Origin: a virus
Lineage: Duplodnaviria > Caudoviricetes
Reading direction: 5' to 3' (one strand)
IMG/VR virus record: IMGVR_UViG_3300037634_004381
Coordinates: 1-33,845 of that record
DNA: 33,845 nt
The first letter of the stretch is position 1. Each line of letters opens with the position of its first letter. Both the position numbers and the translations under genes were made by a program. Below are positions 16,005-26,632 of this stretch, piece after piece. The notes under the pieces are model-generated. The model worked only from the letters and a program-made list of their open reading frames with translations, ran no database searches and had not been told where the DNA came from.

Positions 16005-16883
16005 ATGTTAATAGGCAGTCAATTACAGAAGGCACAGCTTGAGGTGGTCTCAGCACTACCAACTACTGACCTTGCAATCGGAAGAATAGTTTACTTGAAG
16101 GATGCAGGTGATGCCGATAATTCAGGTTTATGGATGTATAACGGTACGGGATGGGAAAGAATATTAGATCCCGGTCTTTATGATAGGATAGTTGGAACTA
16201 CCACCGCTGACGGAGTAACACCTGCAGCACCTACACAGGATTTAAACGATGTCAAACAAGCGTTAGTTGACTTGATAGATGGATCTTCAACAACAATAGA
16301 TGATGTCGATAAAAAAGTAGCCGATATAATAGACGGAACAAATACTTCAGGTGGATATATAAGTTTGCTTCCTAATAAGACTGCTCCTCAGGAGATGAGC
16401 CACACATGGAATGTAAACGGGAGGCTTGATTCAATATATGGCGAGAATGACGCTATTGATGGTTATTTCCATGCACCATTTGCTTGTGAGATAACAGGTT
16501 TTTCCTGTTTCATAGAAGATACGGGTGATGACAGTGCAGATATAAACATAGATATAAAACGTAGATCTAGCCTTGCTAACGGATCAGGTGAATCAGTATT
16601 TGTTCTAACTAATCATATAAAACTTGCCAACGACGTAACCAATCAAGGTATGAATGTTAATTATATTAACGGTACTACTGGAGTTGTTGATTACACAGCC
16701 GCAACAGGCGGAACTAGTGGTGGTGTGACTATGAATAAGCATTCGGGCGCAGCTTATCCGCAATGGGTAGAGGCAAGTATGGCAATCTCAACAACAAGAC
16801 CATATTATATAAATATTGATTCTGGTCCTGTTGGTGCTGGAAATTTATCAGTAACATTATTTTTTAGAAGAACAGGACTATAA
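16005..16883 (+). CDS. Putative tail fibre or minor virion protein
   Basis: GRIVY...LWMYNGTGWE fibre-type motif; G/T-rich beta C-terminal domain. Confidence 0.6.
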   Translation: MLIGSQLQKAQLEVVSALPTTDLAIGRIVYLKDAGDADNSGLWMYNGTGWERILDPGLYDRIVGTTTADGVTPAAPTQDLNDVKQALVDLIDGSSTTIDDVDKKVADIIDGTNTSGGYISLLPNKTAPQEMSHTWNVNGRLDSIYGENDAIDGYFHAPFACEITGFSCFIEDTGDDSADINIDIKRRSSLANGSGESVFVLTNHIKLANDVTNQGMNVNYINGTTGVVDYTAATGGTSGGVTMNKHSGAAYPQWVEASMAISTTRPYYINIDSGPVGAGNLSVTLFFRRTGL

Positions 16884-16895
16884 AAGGAGAATAAA

Positions 16896-17279
16896 ATGGC
16901 AACTATTAGCAATAGTAAATATGGCGGGTATATAGGAACAACCAAGGTTTCAGAGGATAAAGCATATAATCTTAGCGGGACTCTCATTGGAGCTGTACCT
17001 TCTGGGCAAGTATGGGAAGTACATATCCTAGCTATGTCTGCTGCGGCGGCTGAATACCAAAGTTCATCGATAACACAGGAACATGCATCTGGTTCCATGG
17101 ATGTCTCTCTTATAAGTCAAACTGGGACCGCTACAGCTACTTCTAAGTATTGGGTATCTACATCATGGATGGAAACGCCATTAATACTGACCTATAATGA
17201 CAAAATAACCTTTACAACTGGAACTGGCATAACAAATTCAGTAGGGATCCAAGCGGTTGTGTTTAAATATTATACATAA
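16896..17279 (+). CDS. Minor virion protein (beta-rich)
   Basis: VPSG...PLILTYNDKI pattern, S/T-rich, AAGGAG SD. Confidence 0.6.
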   Translation: MATISNSKYGGYIGTTKVSEDKAYNLSGTLIGAVPSGQVWEVHILAMSAAAAEYQSSSITQEHASGSMDVSLISQTGTATATSKYWVSTSWMETPLILTYNDKITFTTGTGITNSVGIQAVVFKYYT

Positions 17280-17295
17280 TAATTAGGAGGGCAGT

Positions 17296-17781
17296 ATGCC
17301 AGAGAATATAACAGGTACAACCGGGTTTACAGCAGGGGCTTACAGAAAGCCTTCTAGTAAAGACTCAGGTAGTGAAGTATTCACAGTATTAGAAGAGTTC
17401 ATGACGAGAATTGCATCTCATACTCACGATGGTGTTGATTCTGAAATTATAAATAGAACAGTTTCAAAGACTGCATATGAAAATACAGGAACTTTATCGT
17501 TCGAAACAGATTCAACTACAGGACAAAAAACTGTTGATATATCAATTTCCTCTGCTGCTCACCAAATTAATAAAGGTGGTAGTGGCACAGCGGCAAATGC
17601 TTTAGCGTTTACTTATTGGTATTACGTTGATGTTATAGTAGCAAACAACGGACCGGGGTGGGTTCAGTTCTTTCCTGATGTTAGTTGGACTGCATCTGGT
17701 ACTACAAGACTTTCAACAAGCATATCAGAAACAATATTGGATGCTGCGGCAGTTCCAAAAGTGAAGGTACAGGTTTACTAG
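17296..17781 (+). CDS. Minor virion or tail protein
   Basis: HTHDG motif typical of fibre proteins; AGGAGG SD. Confidence 0.6.
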   Translation: MPENITGTTGFTAGAYRKPSSKDSGSEVFTVLEEFMTRIASHTHDGVDSEIINRTVSKTAYENTGTLSFETDSTTGQKTVDISISSAAHQINKGGSGTAANALAFTYWYYVDVIVANNGPGWVQFFPDVSWTASGTTRLSTSISETILDAAAVPKVKVQVY

Positions 17782-20700
17782 TGTTTAATTATTCTGAAAT
17801 AAAGATTAAAGATTTTTCAGGTGGTATGACTGACCGTTATGTTGATGGAACAGGAACTACATCCGAAAAAATATCAAACTTAAATATCACAAAATTTGGT
17901 ACCCTTAGAATAAGAGAAGGGTATCGATGGTATTTGGAAGCAAACACCACAGCATATGCTCCCTCAACCGGTAAAGCATATATGGGTATGTTGAGTTTAC
18001 CAGAATCAGAAAACATTATCATAAGTCAAAACCAAAACTTTTATGTGGTAACTGATGAGGAAGAATATAAATTTAATGCTATTTCGGATGTATCAGTAAA
18101 TTCTTCTGCTCTTATTACAACAGTAGATACTCCAGTGATAAGTCTTTCTCTCCAAGATAGTTACACATCAGATGCACTATCTCAAACATCTCTACTTAAC
18201 GGTAAGATTGCATTAGATAGTGATGGATATAGTGCGGCAGTTGTAAACAGCAATGTTTATATTAAAACCGGTGATGGTGAGTATAAGACAAACGGGGTAG
18301 ATAATAATTTTTATGTTAAATCAAAACAGACTGATGGGGTAGACTCAGAAGACGATGATATCTATACAATAACTTTATCTTCAGAACTAATCGAGGGTGT
18401 AGCAGGTTCAGCAATGAACTTATCTTCCTCTGGTGTTAATGTTATTCATGGAGATCAGATTGTAGATGCGACCGTAGCGACAGATGCGGGCAAGATAACT
18501 GTTGAAAGTACTTCAGCTTTTGTAGTAGGCGACAGTATTAATATTACTAATAGTGCTAATACTCTTATTAAAACAGACGGAACAGATGGTATCTTCTATA
18601 TAACAGCAGTAGATACTGCAAATAGTACTATTACTGTTTCTAAAGTAGCTTCTAGGCTTATTGATAGTATTAGTAATATAGACGGTTTCGCAACTGGTAA
18701 AGTAGTGGTTAGTAACGCTAAGAATTTTACAACAGATCACATGGATACTGTTACAAGTATTGGTAATGCAGATGAAGGTAGAGTTGTAGTTAATGATGCA
18801 ACCGAGTTTGGTGTAATAGATGATGCAGGAGAGTTTACACCTAATATAGGGCAAGAGTTAAATATTACAAACTCAACCAATAGTGCGGCAAGATCTCATG
18901 ATTCTTCATCATTGGTAGACTTGCTAGGTGAACCTATTGAGGGTGCATCAACAACAGACTTAAGATTTTATATTCATTCTGTTAATACTACCACTAATGA
19001 AATCGGTATCGCCCAAACAGCAAGTGCTGTGCCTTTAGATCTTTTAGATGCTTCAGGTCCGATTACTGCAATTATAGCTGTAGGTGACAAAATATATAAA
19101 AAGAATAGTATCGCAGGTACCGGAGTCGCTAGTAATGTAGATGCTGTTAATGTAACAAATGAAGATAATGATGCTATCAGGTCAATAGGTGGTAGCACTA
19201 CATTCTATGTTGTAGATAAAGATATTGGTGCAAATACAATAACACTATCTGATGATGAAGACGGTGTAGGTGATACGCTTTCAGCTTTCGCTATTGATGA
19301 TAAAATATATCCTATCACAGATCCTGCTACGATAAATGTTTCAAATGGTAATGTACTGATTGGTTCAGCTGTAGATTTAACGGCTATACCGGCAATACTT
19401 AAAGATAATGATAATATATATTCTCAAGGCGGTGCAGTTCAGAGATCAAATGCTTACGGGTATATGATAGAAGATGAAGATGTTATCGTTTTAAGTCAAG
19501 AACATACAATGTCTAACGGTCAGGAGATATTTTTTGATCAAGTAGATGGTAAGGATATCGGAGTTTCTGAAAACCAAGGTTATTTCTTTAGAGCAGTTTC
19601 AGGTTCTTCTGTAGCGGGTACAATTCATACTTCCCAAGTTGGGGCAGAACACGAAAGTGAAGGGGTAAATTTAGTACCTTTATCACCGGTTAATTATCAC
19701 GGCGGAGTTTTGATGTATAAAAAAGCTGCCACGATTGAAGTTCTTCCTCCTGCAGGTAAACAGGAATCTCTTTTAAAGTCATCGACTCTAGGAAACAATC
19801 AACATGTTTGTTTTGCCGAATGGCAAGACCAGTTGCTTACGACATCAGAAGCTATATCATTAAAAGATCTTTCTAGGCCCGGTAGAATCTATTACGGTTC
19901 TGCACCTATTATTGTTAAGCAAACGACTGATACAACTATTACGGCCAATAATCACGGCTTATCTGATAATGATCCTGTTGAATACCTTTGTATTTACGGG
20001 ACATCAGTATTAACTGATAACCAGACTTATTATGTTACAGAAAAAACTGATGATACATTTAAACTAAAAGCAACATTAGACGGTGGTTCACTTACTATTG
20101 CTTTTGATAATGAAATAAACCAGTTCACACCAACAACTAAAATATGGAAGTCACATTCATTAGGTTTACCTAAACCTTGTGTTCATACAGACGGAACTAT
20201 AGTTGATACAAATATGTCAGTTGCAACAGGTACTGGTACAGGTAAAACATATAAGTATGCGGCAGTTTATAAGTATATTTATAACTCAAATGGCGTGGAG
20301 TATACAACATACGGACCTGTTAGAGATATAAATGGAAGTGGTGTTGCATATAAATATATTACGGAAAATGCTATCAATGCTATTTATGGTAGCATAATAA
20401 CAGATGTTGACGATGGTTCTACTCTTGCTTCAGGTATAATTGGAGTGGATAGTGAATCAGGTTTCACTGTAGATGACGAGATAAAAATAACTTCAAATGG
20501 TGAGACAGCACTTCGAAATGAAGGCACATCACTTTTTGTAATAGCTACGGCTTCTGGGACAATAACTGTTTCTGCCACTAAGGGTGGCTCAGCTTTAGAT
20601 CTTACTGATCCAAGTTGGGGTATCATTAATGGCGACGAGATATACCCCAAAGCTTCTGTAGCGGTAACACTACCTTGTCTTAAAGTTCCTTTAGGTGGAG

Positions 20701-23700
20701 TATATTACGGTGCTCAATGGGATTATGATAGGATAGTAATTGAATTATATAGAACAAAAGAAAACGGTTCGACATATTACTATGTTGACGAAATAGCTAA
20801 TGACAAAACTGATGCAGATGGAAAGGTTACAATAAACGATGATAGATCAGATGATGCTATTAGTGCAGAGAAATCATTATATACAACAGGTGGAGGTGCT
20901 GACTTTCATCCTGCTCCTCCTTGTAAATATCTATTAAACTCTAGGGATACTGCTTATTTTTGTAATGTTACAGAAGAAACAGAATCTCATAGTGGTAGCA
21001 AGATGTTTACTTATCAACATCCGGCAAGGGTTTACCAAGCTATACCCGGAATATCAGGATCTATAGGGAATGTTTCCTATGTTGATTTAGATGACGACAT
21101 TGTTGGTATCGGAGAGATATCAGGTTTACCAATCGTATTCACTGATACTTATATTTACAGACTTGAAGGAAGAATAGATATGCTTGGCTCAGGTGATTTA
21201 AGAGCTAGAGTAATTGATGAAAGTGTAGGTTGTTCTGCTCATAGGAGTATTGTTAAAACTCCGAGAGGTTTATTCTGGGCAGGGAAGCATGGCTTTTATC
21301 AAACTGATGGTTATAAAGTTATTAATATAACAGAGAATCTTGATGATTCTTTTAGAAGTATTACAGCAACAAACTCAGTTAGAAAATTAATTAACGGAAC
21401 ATACGACGAAAAAGAAGGAAGAATATTCTGGGGAGCTTGTACTGGTGCAAACCTAACAGAACCAGACATTGTATGGGTTTACTGGCTTAGGTCAGGAGGT
21501 TTTACAACAATAGAAGGTGGTGACATCGATGCTTCATCCCTATTAGTCAGGGATGCTGATTTATATAGAGGAGATAAGTATGGTTCAATACTTAGGCATT
21601 CTCATTATTATGCTCATGACTCTAAGAAAATAGTAGATCCTGTAAAAGGACCTGCTTCTGTATATACTTGGAAACCTATTCCTATCTTATTCGATTATAA
21701 ATCAAATGCTATGAGCTTTGGTGTTCCTTCTAGAAGAAAATGGGTTAATGAAACAACTATATCAATTGAGACTTCTGGTAATCTTTGTGTATTACCGGGT
21801 AGTGCAAATGATGCAGGTATGAGTTCTTCAATAATGAAGGATATAGTTAGGAAATCTTCGTGGACATGGTACGACCCTGACTTTGTTTGGGGATCAAGTG
21901 ATCTAGTTTGGAATGCGCCTGATATCGTAACTGCGGTAAGAAGGTTTCCAAGAAAAGAACAAAGATGTAGAAGGAAGCAAGTTAAGTTATCCTCAGGCAA
22001 ATACACTAAGTATATTTCAGATGACTGGTCTAAGACTTATGTTACTGATGACGAGGATGATGATACTAGTAGAGTTAAGGCCGTAACTAATAAATGGCCA
22101 TCTGACTTATCAGAAGCAGAGATCTGCTTTCCTTGTACTTTAAATACAACCAGTGGAAAATATGAATACGATAAAGATGGCGATGATGTTAAATGTCTTA
22201 GGATTGAAGAAAGAACTTCAGATACAGAAATCAAATTTTTCCCATTATCATTTACAGGTTACGAAGAATCAAGTGCGGGTCAATACCTGCAAGTTGATGA
22301 TAACAGCTACAATGGGTACATCTCTGTTCCTGAGATATGGAAATATGATAATACTTCAGAAAGTAAAGAAACTGATTCTGTTAGTGGAGTTACCGCTACA
22401 GAAAGAGAGACTGGAATTATTGGGTTAACTAAAGATTATACTATTAGTATTTGGGTTAAAGCTGATTTTTCAAAAGATGGAGGTGAATACGGTTATTATA
22501 ATGATGGACTAGATTTATTTAATATTTATCCCGCTGAAATGGCAAATGCTTTTAAACTTTATGTGCATAATCAAGATCTGCTAATTGGACAATATAGATA
22601 CAATGGTTCTATAGGATGGACATCTGGTGACTCTTACTTTACAATAGATAGTTTTGACGATGACAATGCTGTAGCTTATAACTCTAAACTCGTTGGTAAC
22701 GGGAAAGTTTGGAATCATATTGTTCTTACCCATAAAGGTACAGACAGACAAACAGACAGAAGATGGTTTGGAGCGAGTAAAAGTGATAGTCAGTTAACTA
22801 TACTTGGTACTATCGATGATACGAAAACTGGCCATAACGTAAACAGTGGAATAATTGGAGTTGAGGATACAACAGTATTCACAGTAGGTGATGTATTAAA
22901 TATTGTTAATTCAACTAAAGGTGTGACTAAGATACATACCGATGACATTGGTGAAGCTTCTAGAGTAAGATCTCATCAGTTTTTTGTAGTTGAGATATCT
23001 CCTACCGACACAGGTAATAGTACTATAACATTATCAAAAACATACAGAGAACCCCAGAATTATCTTGATTATTCACCTTACAGTGTAGGTACCAGTGGAT
23101 CAACGGGTATTTGTAGAACTGTAATAGCTGAACATCTTAAAATTGGTGATCATATTTGTTTTGTAAAATGGGACGACATTGACGACCTTAATGGTAAATA
23201 CGAGTTTATGGATGAAATCCATAGCCAAGGTCGAATAGTACATAGTGGTACTGATCTTTCTATTGGTAAACTTAAAATGAGTCAATTTGGCAACCAAGGC
23301 GATATTGTAGCCGGCGAAGAGCTTAGGATAAAAACTTATTTCCATCCTAGTGGAACGGATTCCTATAGAACAAATGGTAGTTCCCCAAAACTTTTCGTTA
23401 CAGGTGTTAGTTATGTTGAAGATTATGTTATAGTTGAAGATATAAATGGAAGTTCGGATCTTAGTGGTTGGTCGATACGGACAGAGCCCGATAATTCTGG
23501 CCCTTTCTATGAAGACTACATTGATAGATTTACAAAAATTTCAGATTTCTACATAATAGGTAAGGGATATGATAATAATCCAGAAATTACTGTATCAAAA
23601 ACTTCGGATGGCCCCGCATTTGACTTAAGGGGAATGTACGACGAGTTTGATGATAGCTATGAAGCTGTTATGAGTTCTGATACTAGGGCGAAAATATTCT

Positions 23701-24461
23701 TTACGTCTGATGTTTCCTCAACAGGCTTATCTAAAACACCTTTATCTGGGTCTAACTTAGTCTCAGGCGTTTCCAACTCTTCGTTTCATGTAACCTCCGG
23801 AGATTTAATATACACTGACAATAGTGCTCATGAACCGGGTACAAGACAACCTGTAGGCGGTTTGTATTCAGGTGAAACAACTCCCGGGTGGACAGTATAT
23901 ATTAACGGAGAATATAAGACTTATGGTAGGGATGTAGTTCAAACGGATTGGGCAAAAAACATACCTGAATATTATGAGTGGATTCAGTATGAGCCTGAAA
24001 ACAATAAGGACATCTTATCTTTCATGGGTGATGCAGCTTATGCTTCGTCAGCAAAACAGGGGCCTCCCGGTACGGCAATTAATAATATTTCAATCTTCAA
24101 CAGTCATAAGACTCAAGATGATATAACTGCTATGTATAATAGTGGTATAGAAAGAAACTTTACTGGTTCAGATTGTAAAGTTTATTTATCTTTTGACGAG
24201 CTTGATGACGGTGTAATCGAAGATGAACAGATATTTAAAAACACTGGTTCGGATACAACTATAATAGCGCGAATGAAGCAAGGAGAAACCGGTGTAGGGC
24301 TAAGTAAAAACTTCAGTATTGAAAGTACTAAGATTAATTGGTCTATCAAGAAACATCAACTAGATCAGGATATCGAAATTAAAGAAATAGATATTAAATT
24401 TGGTGTCATGGACAATGTTGAAGGAAGATACGAAAAAGAAGTGGAGAAGAGTAACTCATGA
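17781..24461 (+). CDS. Giant tail nozzle / tubular-B-like protein (~2226 aa) with many inserted domains; start revised to GTG 17781
   Basis: TAGTG overlap with upstream stop; N-terminal IKDFSGG..D...NLNITKFGTLRIREG and central propeller-like VGCSAHRSIV...GLFWAGKHGFY motifs match podovirus gp10/gp12-type proteins. Confidence 0.75.
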   Translation: MFNYSEIKIKDFSGGMTDRYVDGTGTTSEKISNLNITKFGTLRIREGYRWYLEANTTAYAPSTGKAYMGMLSLPESENIIISQNQNFYVVTDEEEYKFNAISDVSVNSSALITTVDTPVISLSLQDSYTSDALSQTSLLNGKIALDSDGYSAAVVNSNVYIKTGDGEYKTNGVDNNFYVKSKQTDGVDSEDDDIYTITLSSELIEGVAGSAMNLSSSGVNVIHGDQIVDATVATDAGKITVESTSAFVVGDSINITNSANTLIKTDGTDGIFYITAVDTANSTITVSKVASRLIDSISNIDGFATGKVVVSNAKNFTTDHMDTVTSIGNADEGRVVVNDATEFGVIDDAGEFTPNIGQELNITNSTNSAARSHDSSSLVDLLGEPIEGASTTDLRFYIHSVNTTTNEIGIAQTASAVPLDLLDASGPITAIIAVGDKIYKKNSIAGTGVASNVDAVNVTNEDNDAIRSIGGSTTFYVVDKDIGANTITLSDDEDGVGDTLSAFAIDDKIYPITDPATINVSNGNVLIGSAVDLTAIPAILKDNDNIYSQGGAVQRSNAYGYMIEDEDVIVLSQEHTMSNGQEIFFDQVDGKDIGVSENQGYFFRAVSGSSVAGTIHTSQVGAEHESEGVNLVPLSPVNYHGGVLMYKKAATIEVLPPAGKQESLLKSSTLGNNQHVCFAEWQDQLLTTSEAISLKDLSRPGRIYYGSAPIIVKQTTDTTITANNHGLSDNDPVEYLCIYGTSVLTDNQTYYVTEKTDDTFKLKATLDGGSLTIAFDNEINQFTPTTKIWKSHSLGLPKPCVHTDGTIVDTNMSVATGTGTGKTYKYAAVYKYIYNSNGVEYTTYGPVRDINGSGVAYKYITENAINAIYGSIITDVDDGSTLASGIIGVDSESGFTVDDEIKITSNGETALRNEGTSLFVIATASGTITVSATKGGSALDLTDPSWGIINGDEIYPKASVAVTLPCLKVPLGGVYYGAQWDYDRIVIELYRTKENGSTYYYVDEIANDKTDADGKVTINDDRSDDAISAEKSLYTTGGGADFHPAPPCKYLLNSRDTAYFCNVTEETESHSGSKMFTYQHPARVYQAIPGISGSIGNVSYVDLDDDIVGIGEISGLPIVFTDTYIYRLEGRIDMLGSGDLRARVIDESVGCSAHRSIVKTPRGLFWAGKHGFYQTDGYKVINITENLDDSFRSITATNSVRKLINGTYDEKEGRIFWGACTGANLTEPDIVWVYWLRSGGFTTIEGGDIDASSLLVRDADLYRGDKYGSILRHSHYYAHDSKKIVDPVKGPASVYTWKPIPILFDYKSNAMSFGVPSRRKWVNETTISIETSGNLCVLPGSANDAGMSSSIMKDIVRKSSWTWYDPDFVWGSSDLVWNAPDIVTAVRRFPRKEQRCRRKQVKLSSGKYTKYISDDWSKTYVTDDEDDDTSRVKAVTNKWPSDLSEAEICFPCTLNTTSGKYEYDKDGDDVKCLRIEERTSDTEIKFFPLSFTGYEESSAGQYLQVDDNSYNGYISVPEIWKYDNTSESKETDSVSGVTATERETGIIGLTKDYTISIWVKADFSKDGGEYGYYNDGLDLFNIYPAEMANAFKLYVHNQDLLIGQYRYNGSIGWTSGDSYFTIDSFDDDNAVAYNSKLVGNGKVWNHIVLTHKGTDRQTDRRWFGASKSDSQLTILGTIDDTKTGHNVNSGIIGVEDTTVFTVGDVLNIVNSTKGVTKIHTDDIGEASRVRSHQFFVVEISPTDTGNSTITLSKTYREPQNYLDYSPYSVGTSGSTGICRTVIAEHLKIGDHICFVKWDDIDDLNGKYEFMDEIHSQGRIVHSGTDLSIGKLKMSQFGNQGDIVAGEELRIKTYFHPSGTDSYRTNGSSPKLFVTGVSYVEDYVIVEDINGSSDLSGWSIRTEPDNSGPFYEDYIDRFTKISDFYIIGKGYDNNPEITVSKTSDGPAFDLRGMYDEFDDSYEAVMSSDTRAKIFFTSDVSSTGLSKTPLSGSNLVSGVSNSSFHVTSGDLIYTDNSAHEPGTRQPVGGLYSGETTPGWTVYINGEYKTYGRDVVQTDWAKNIPEYYEWIQYEPENNKDILSFMGDAAYASSAKQGPPGTAINNISIFNSHKTQDDITAMYNSGIERNFTGSDCKVYLSFDELDDGVIEDEQIFKNTGSDTTIIARMKQGETGVGLSKNFSIESTKINWSIKKHQLDQDIEIKEIDIKFGVMDNVEGRYEKEVEKSNS

Positions 24462-24736
24462 GTTTAGATTATAAGATTGAATTAGACAGGGTTGATTTAT
24501 CTAAAGAGATGGAGATAAACATGCTTGCTATTTCTGATAGTCTTCACAAGATTCAGGTTTTACTAAAAGATATTGATAAGCGGTTAAAAGAAACCGGTAT
24601 CTCGCCTACCTTGGCAGAGGATAAGGAAACCGTTGTTAATGCAATAAGAATTAAATCAGATGATTCAAGTAAATTAATATTTAGAGTAATTAATGAAGAT
24701 GGTTCTATTATAGAGAAGACTGTAACAGCATCATAG
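24458..24736 (+). CDS. Hypothetical virion-associated protein
   Basis: ATGA overlap; 92 aa with coiled coil. Confidence 0.7.
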   Translation: MSLDYKIELDRVDLSKEMEINMLAISDSLHKIQVLLKDIDKRLKETGISPTLAEDKETVVNAIRIKSDDSSKLIFRVINEDGSIIEKTVTAS

Positions 24737-24748
24737 ATTGGAGAAATT

Positions 24749-25576
24749 ATGGCCAGTACACTGAGACAACTAAGAGAAAGGGTTCAAGCTGATCTTGATT
24801 TAGAGGATGAAACATTCATTATAGACTCGGATATAAATGCTTGGATTAATGATACTATCAAAAAGGCAGAGGCAGAAATTCATACTTTATATGAGGATTA
24901 CTTCTTAACAGAAGCTGAGATAACTTTAGTAACAACTAATGCTGTCCCAACCTCTAGTAATGACATAGAAACAGCTTGGCCTAACACTCAGTTTTACCAA
25001 TATCCAGATGATATATACGCTAACAAAATTAGAAAGATTGTATATGTGGATAGTGCTAATTCTACATCTCATGAAGTAAAAAGAATTAAAAACTTAATCA
25101 AAGCAACAGAGAGAGATATATACGACACTGGATCTAATCCTATATTAGAATGGTCGCCGTACAATGGCTCTTGGTCTTACGATTATACTAGTGGTGAAGA
25201 TACCATTACGGTTTCAGTTCCTAGGGTTACTGATGTAGCTACGGGAGCAACCTTGCCCGGTAAAGCTATCCGTATATTCCCTAAAGTAGGGAGATCTGGT
25301 AAGCTAAAGGTGTGGTATATTAGAAATGCAAAGCAATTAACAGCAGATACAGACGTATGTGATATCGATGAGTTCGAGAGATATGTTATCCAAAGTGTGA
25401 AGACTGAATGTTTCTTTAAAGATGGGGATCCGAGAGCAATTCAGTCAAAACAGTTGGAAGAACAGTTAAAGCAAGATATGATTAATACGTTAAGTAATAT
25501 GGTCCCTGATGACAACACGGAAATCCCAATGGATTTTTCGTTTTATGAAGACGTTTTAGATTCGGTAGGAGAGTAG
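24749..25576 (+). CDS. Head-tail adaptor / tail tubular A-like protein
   Basis: TLRQLRERVQ...FIIDSDINAWIND...IRIFP...LKVWY pattern of podovirus adaptors. Confidence 0.75.
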   Translation: MASTLRQLRERVQADLDLEDETFIIDSDINAWINDTIKKAEAEIHTLYEDYFLTEAEITLVTTNAVPTSSNDIETAWPNTQFYQYPDDIYANKIRKIVYVDSANSTSHEVKRIKNLIKATERDIYDTGSNPILEWSPYNGSWSYDYTSGEDTITVSVPRVTDVATGATLPGKAIRIFPKVGRSGKLKVWYIRNAKQLTADTDVCDIDEFERYVIQSVKTECFFKDGDPRAIQSKQLEEQLKQDMINTLSNMVPDDNTEIPMDFSFYEDVLDSVGE

Positions 25577-25577
25577 T

Positions 25578-26630
25578 ATGGGAATGTTCGATGGTATATC
25601 ACAAGGATTAGGGCTTTCAGCTCCTAAAGTTGCTAAGTTGCCTGAGTTGCAAAAACAGAAAGGAGTAAAAGAGAATCCTCTCTGGTCAGACTTTGCGGGA
25701 CAACAATCGCAATTTCAAGATAGGGCCGGAGCTATTACTAGTGGTGGTTTACAAACTGCTGTAGATGAATACGGGCAAATGGCAAAAGACTATGATCCAT
25801 CTCAGGTAAGTAAGTCTACCCAGAAAGCAATGGAAGGCGTAGATAAGAGGTCTGCTGAAGCTAGAGATAAAGCAGTGGCCGAAGGACAAAGAGGTGCAAA
25901 GCAATCTATCGCAACTCAAGGGTTGTATGGTAGAGGGGCCGGAGGAAGTAGAGAAAGAGCTTCTATGCAAGGACAAAGACAAGCATCTATAAGACAATCC
26001 GAAGTAGATAAACAAGCAGATATACAAAAGACTACATTAGAGTCTGCTGGGCTACAATCAAACGAAGCATATAAAAGACAGTTAATGGGCGGTTTACCCG
26101 GGATGGCACAGATGGCATTACAGGGTGATATTCAAGCAACTCAACCTATGTTGCAATCAGCTCAGTTAGCTATGGACCCTTTAAAGATGCAACAAGGTAT
26201 TGATCAACAAAACACTCAGCAAGCAAACCAAATGAACATGGCGAACTGGCAAGCTCAGAATGCTGCAAACGCTGCTCAAGGGCAAGCATTTGGAAATATG
26301 GTCAGTACAGCAGGAACAGTAGCAGGTATGATGGCGTTCTGTGATGCTAGAGGAAAAGATGTTCTAAGTGAAATGGACAGCGTATTAGAATCCATTAGAT
26401 CTATAGATCTATATAAATATTTATACAAGCAAGATACTTCAGCAGGAGCATTACCTACAGGAACTAGGTTCGGACCTATGGCACAGCAAGTACAAAAAGT
26501 TATACCAGAAGCCGTAGGACAATATAATAAAGACTATTTAGGAATAGATAAAGATCAAATAATTTGGACATTATTCGCTGCAGTCAAGGAATTAGATAAA
26601 AAAGTCCATGAACTGGAAAAAGGGGAATAG
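25578..26630 (+). CDS. Ejection/pilot-type protein with C-terminal peptidase S74 (intramolecular chaperone) domain
   Basis: Q/A/G-rich helical N-part; C-terminal CDARGK...YKYLYK...FGPMAQQVQKVIPEAV...AVKEL matches the S74 pattern. Confidence 0.8.
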   Translation: MGMFDGISQGLGLSAPKVAKLPELQKQKGVKENPLWSDFAGQQSQFQDRAGAITSGGLQTAVDEYGQMAKDYDPSQVSKSTQKAMEGVDKRSAEARDKAVAEGQRGAKQSIATQGLYGRGAGGSRERASMQGQRQASIRQSEVDKQADIQKTTLESAGLQSNEAYKRQLMGGLPGMAQMALQGDIQATQPMLQSAQLAMDPLKMQQGIDQQNTQQANQMNMANWQAQNAANAAQGQAFGNMVSTAGTVAGMMAFCDARGKDVLSEMDSVLESIRSIDLYKYLYKQDTSAGALPTGTRFGPMAQQVQKVIPEAVGQYNKDYLGIDKDQIIWTLFAAVKELDKKVHELEKGE

Positions 26631-26632
26631 AG

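Noticed and set aside
17685-17780. ORF-track start (TTG 17685) of the giant protein
   Set aside because: Overlaps the upstream gene by 97 nt with atypical sequence; GTG 17781 is stop-coupled and precedes the FSGG motif.
12565-24461. Diversity-generating retroelement acting on adhesin genes
   Set aside because: No reverse transcriptase and no adenine-mismatched TR/VR pair seen.
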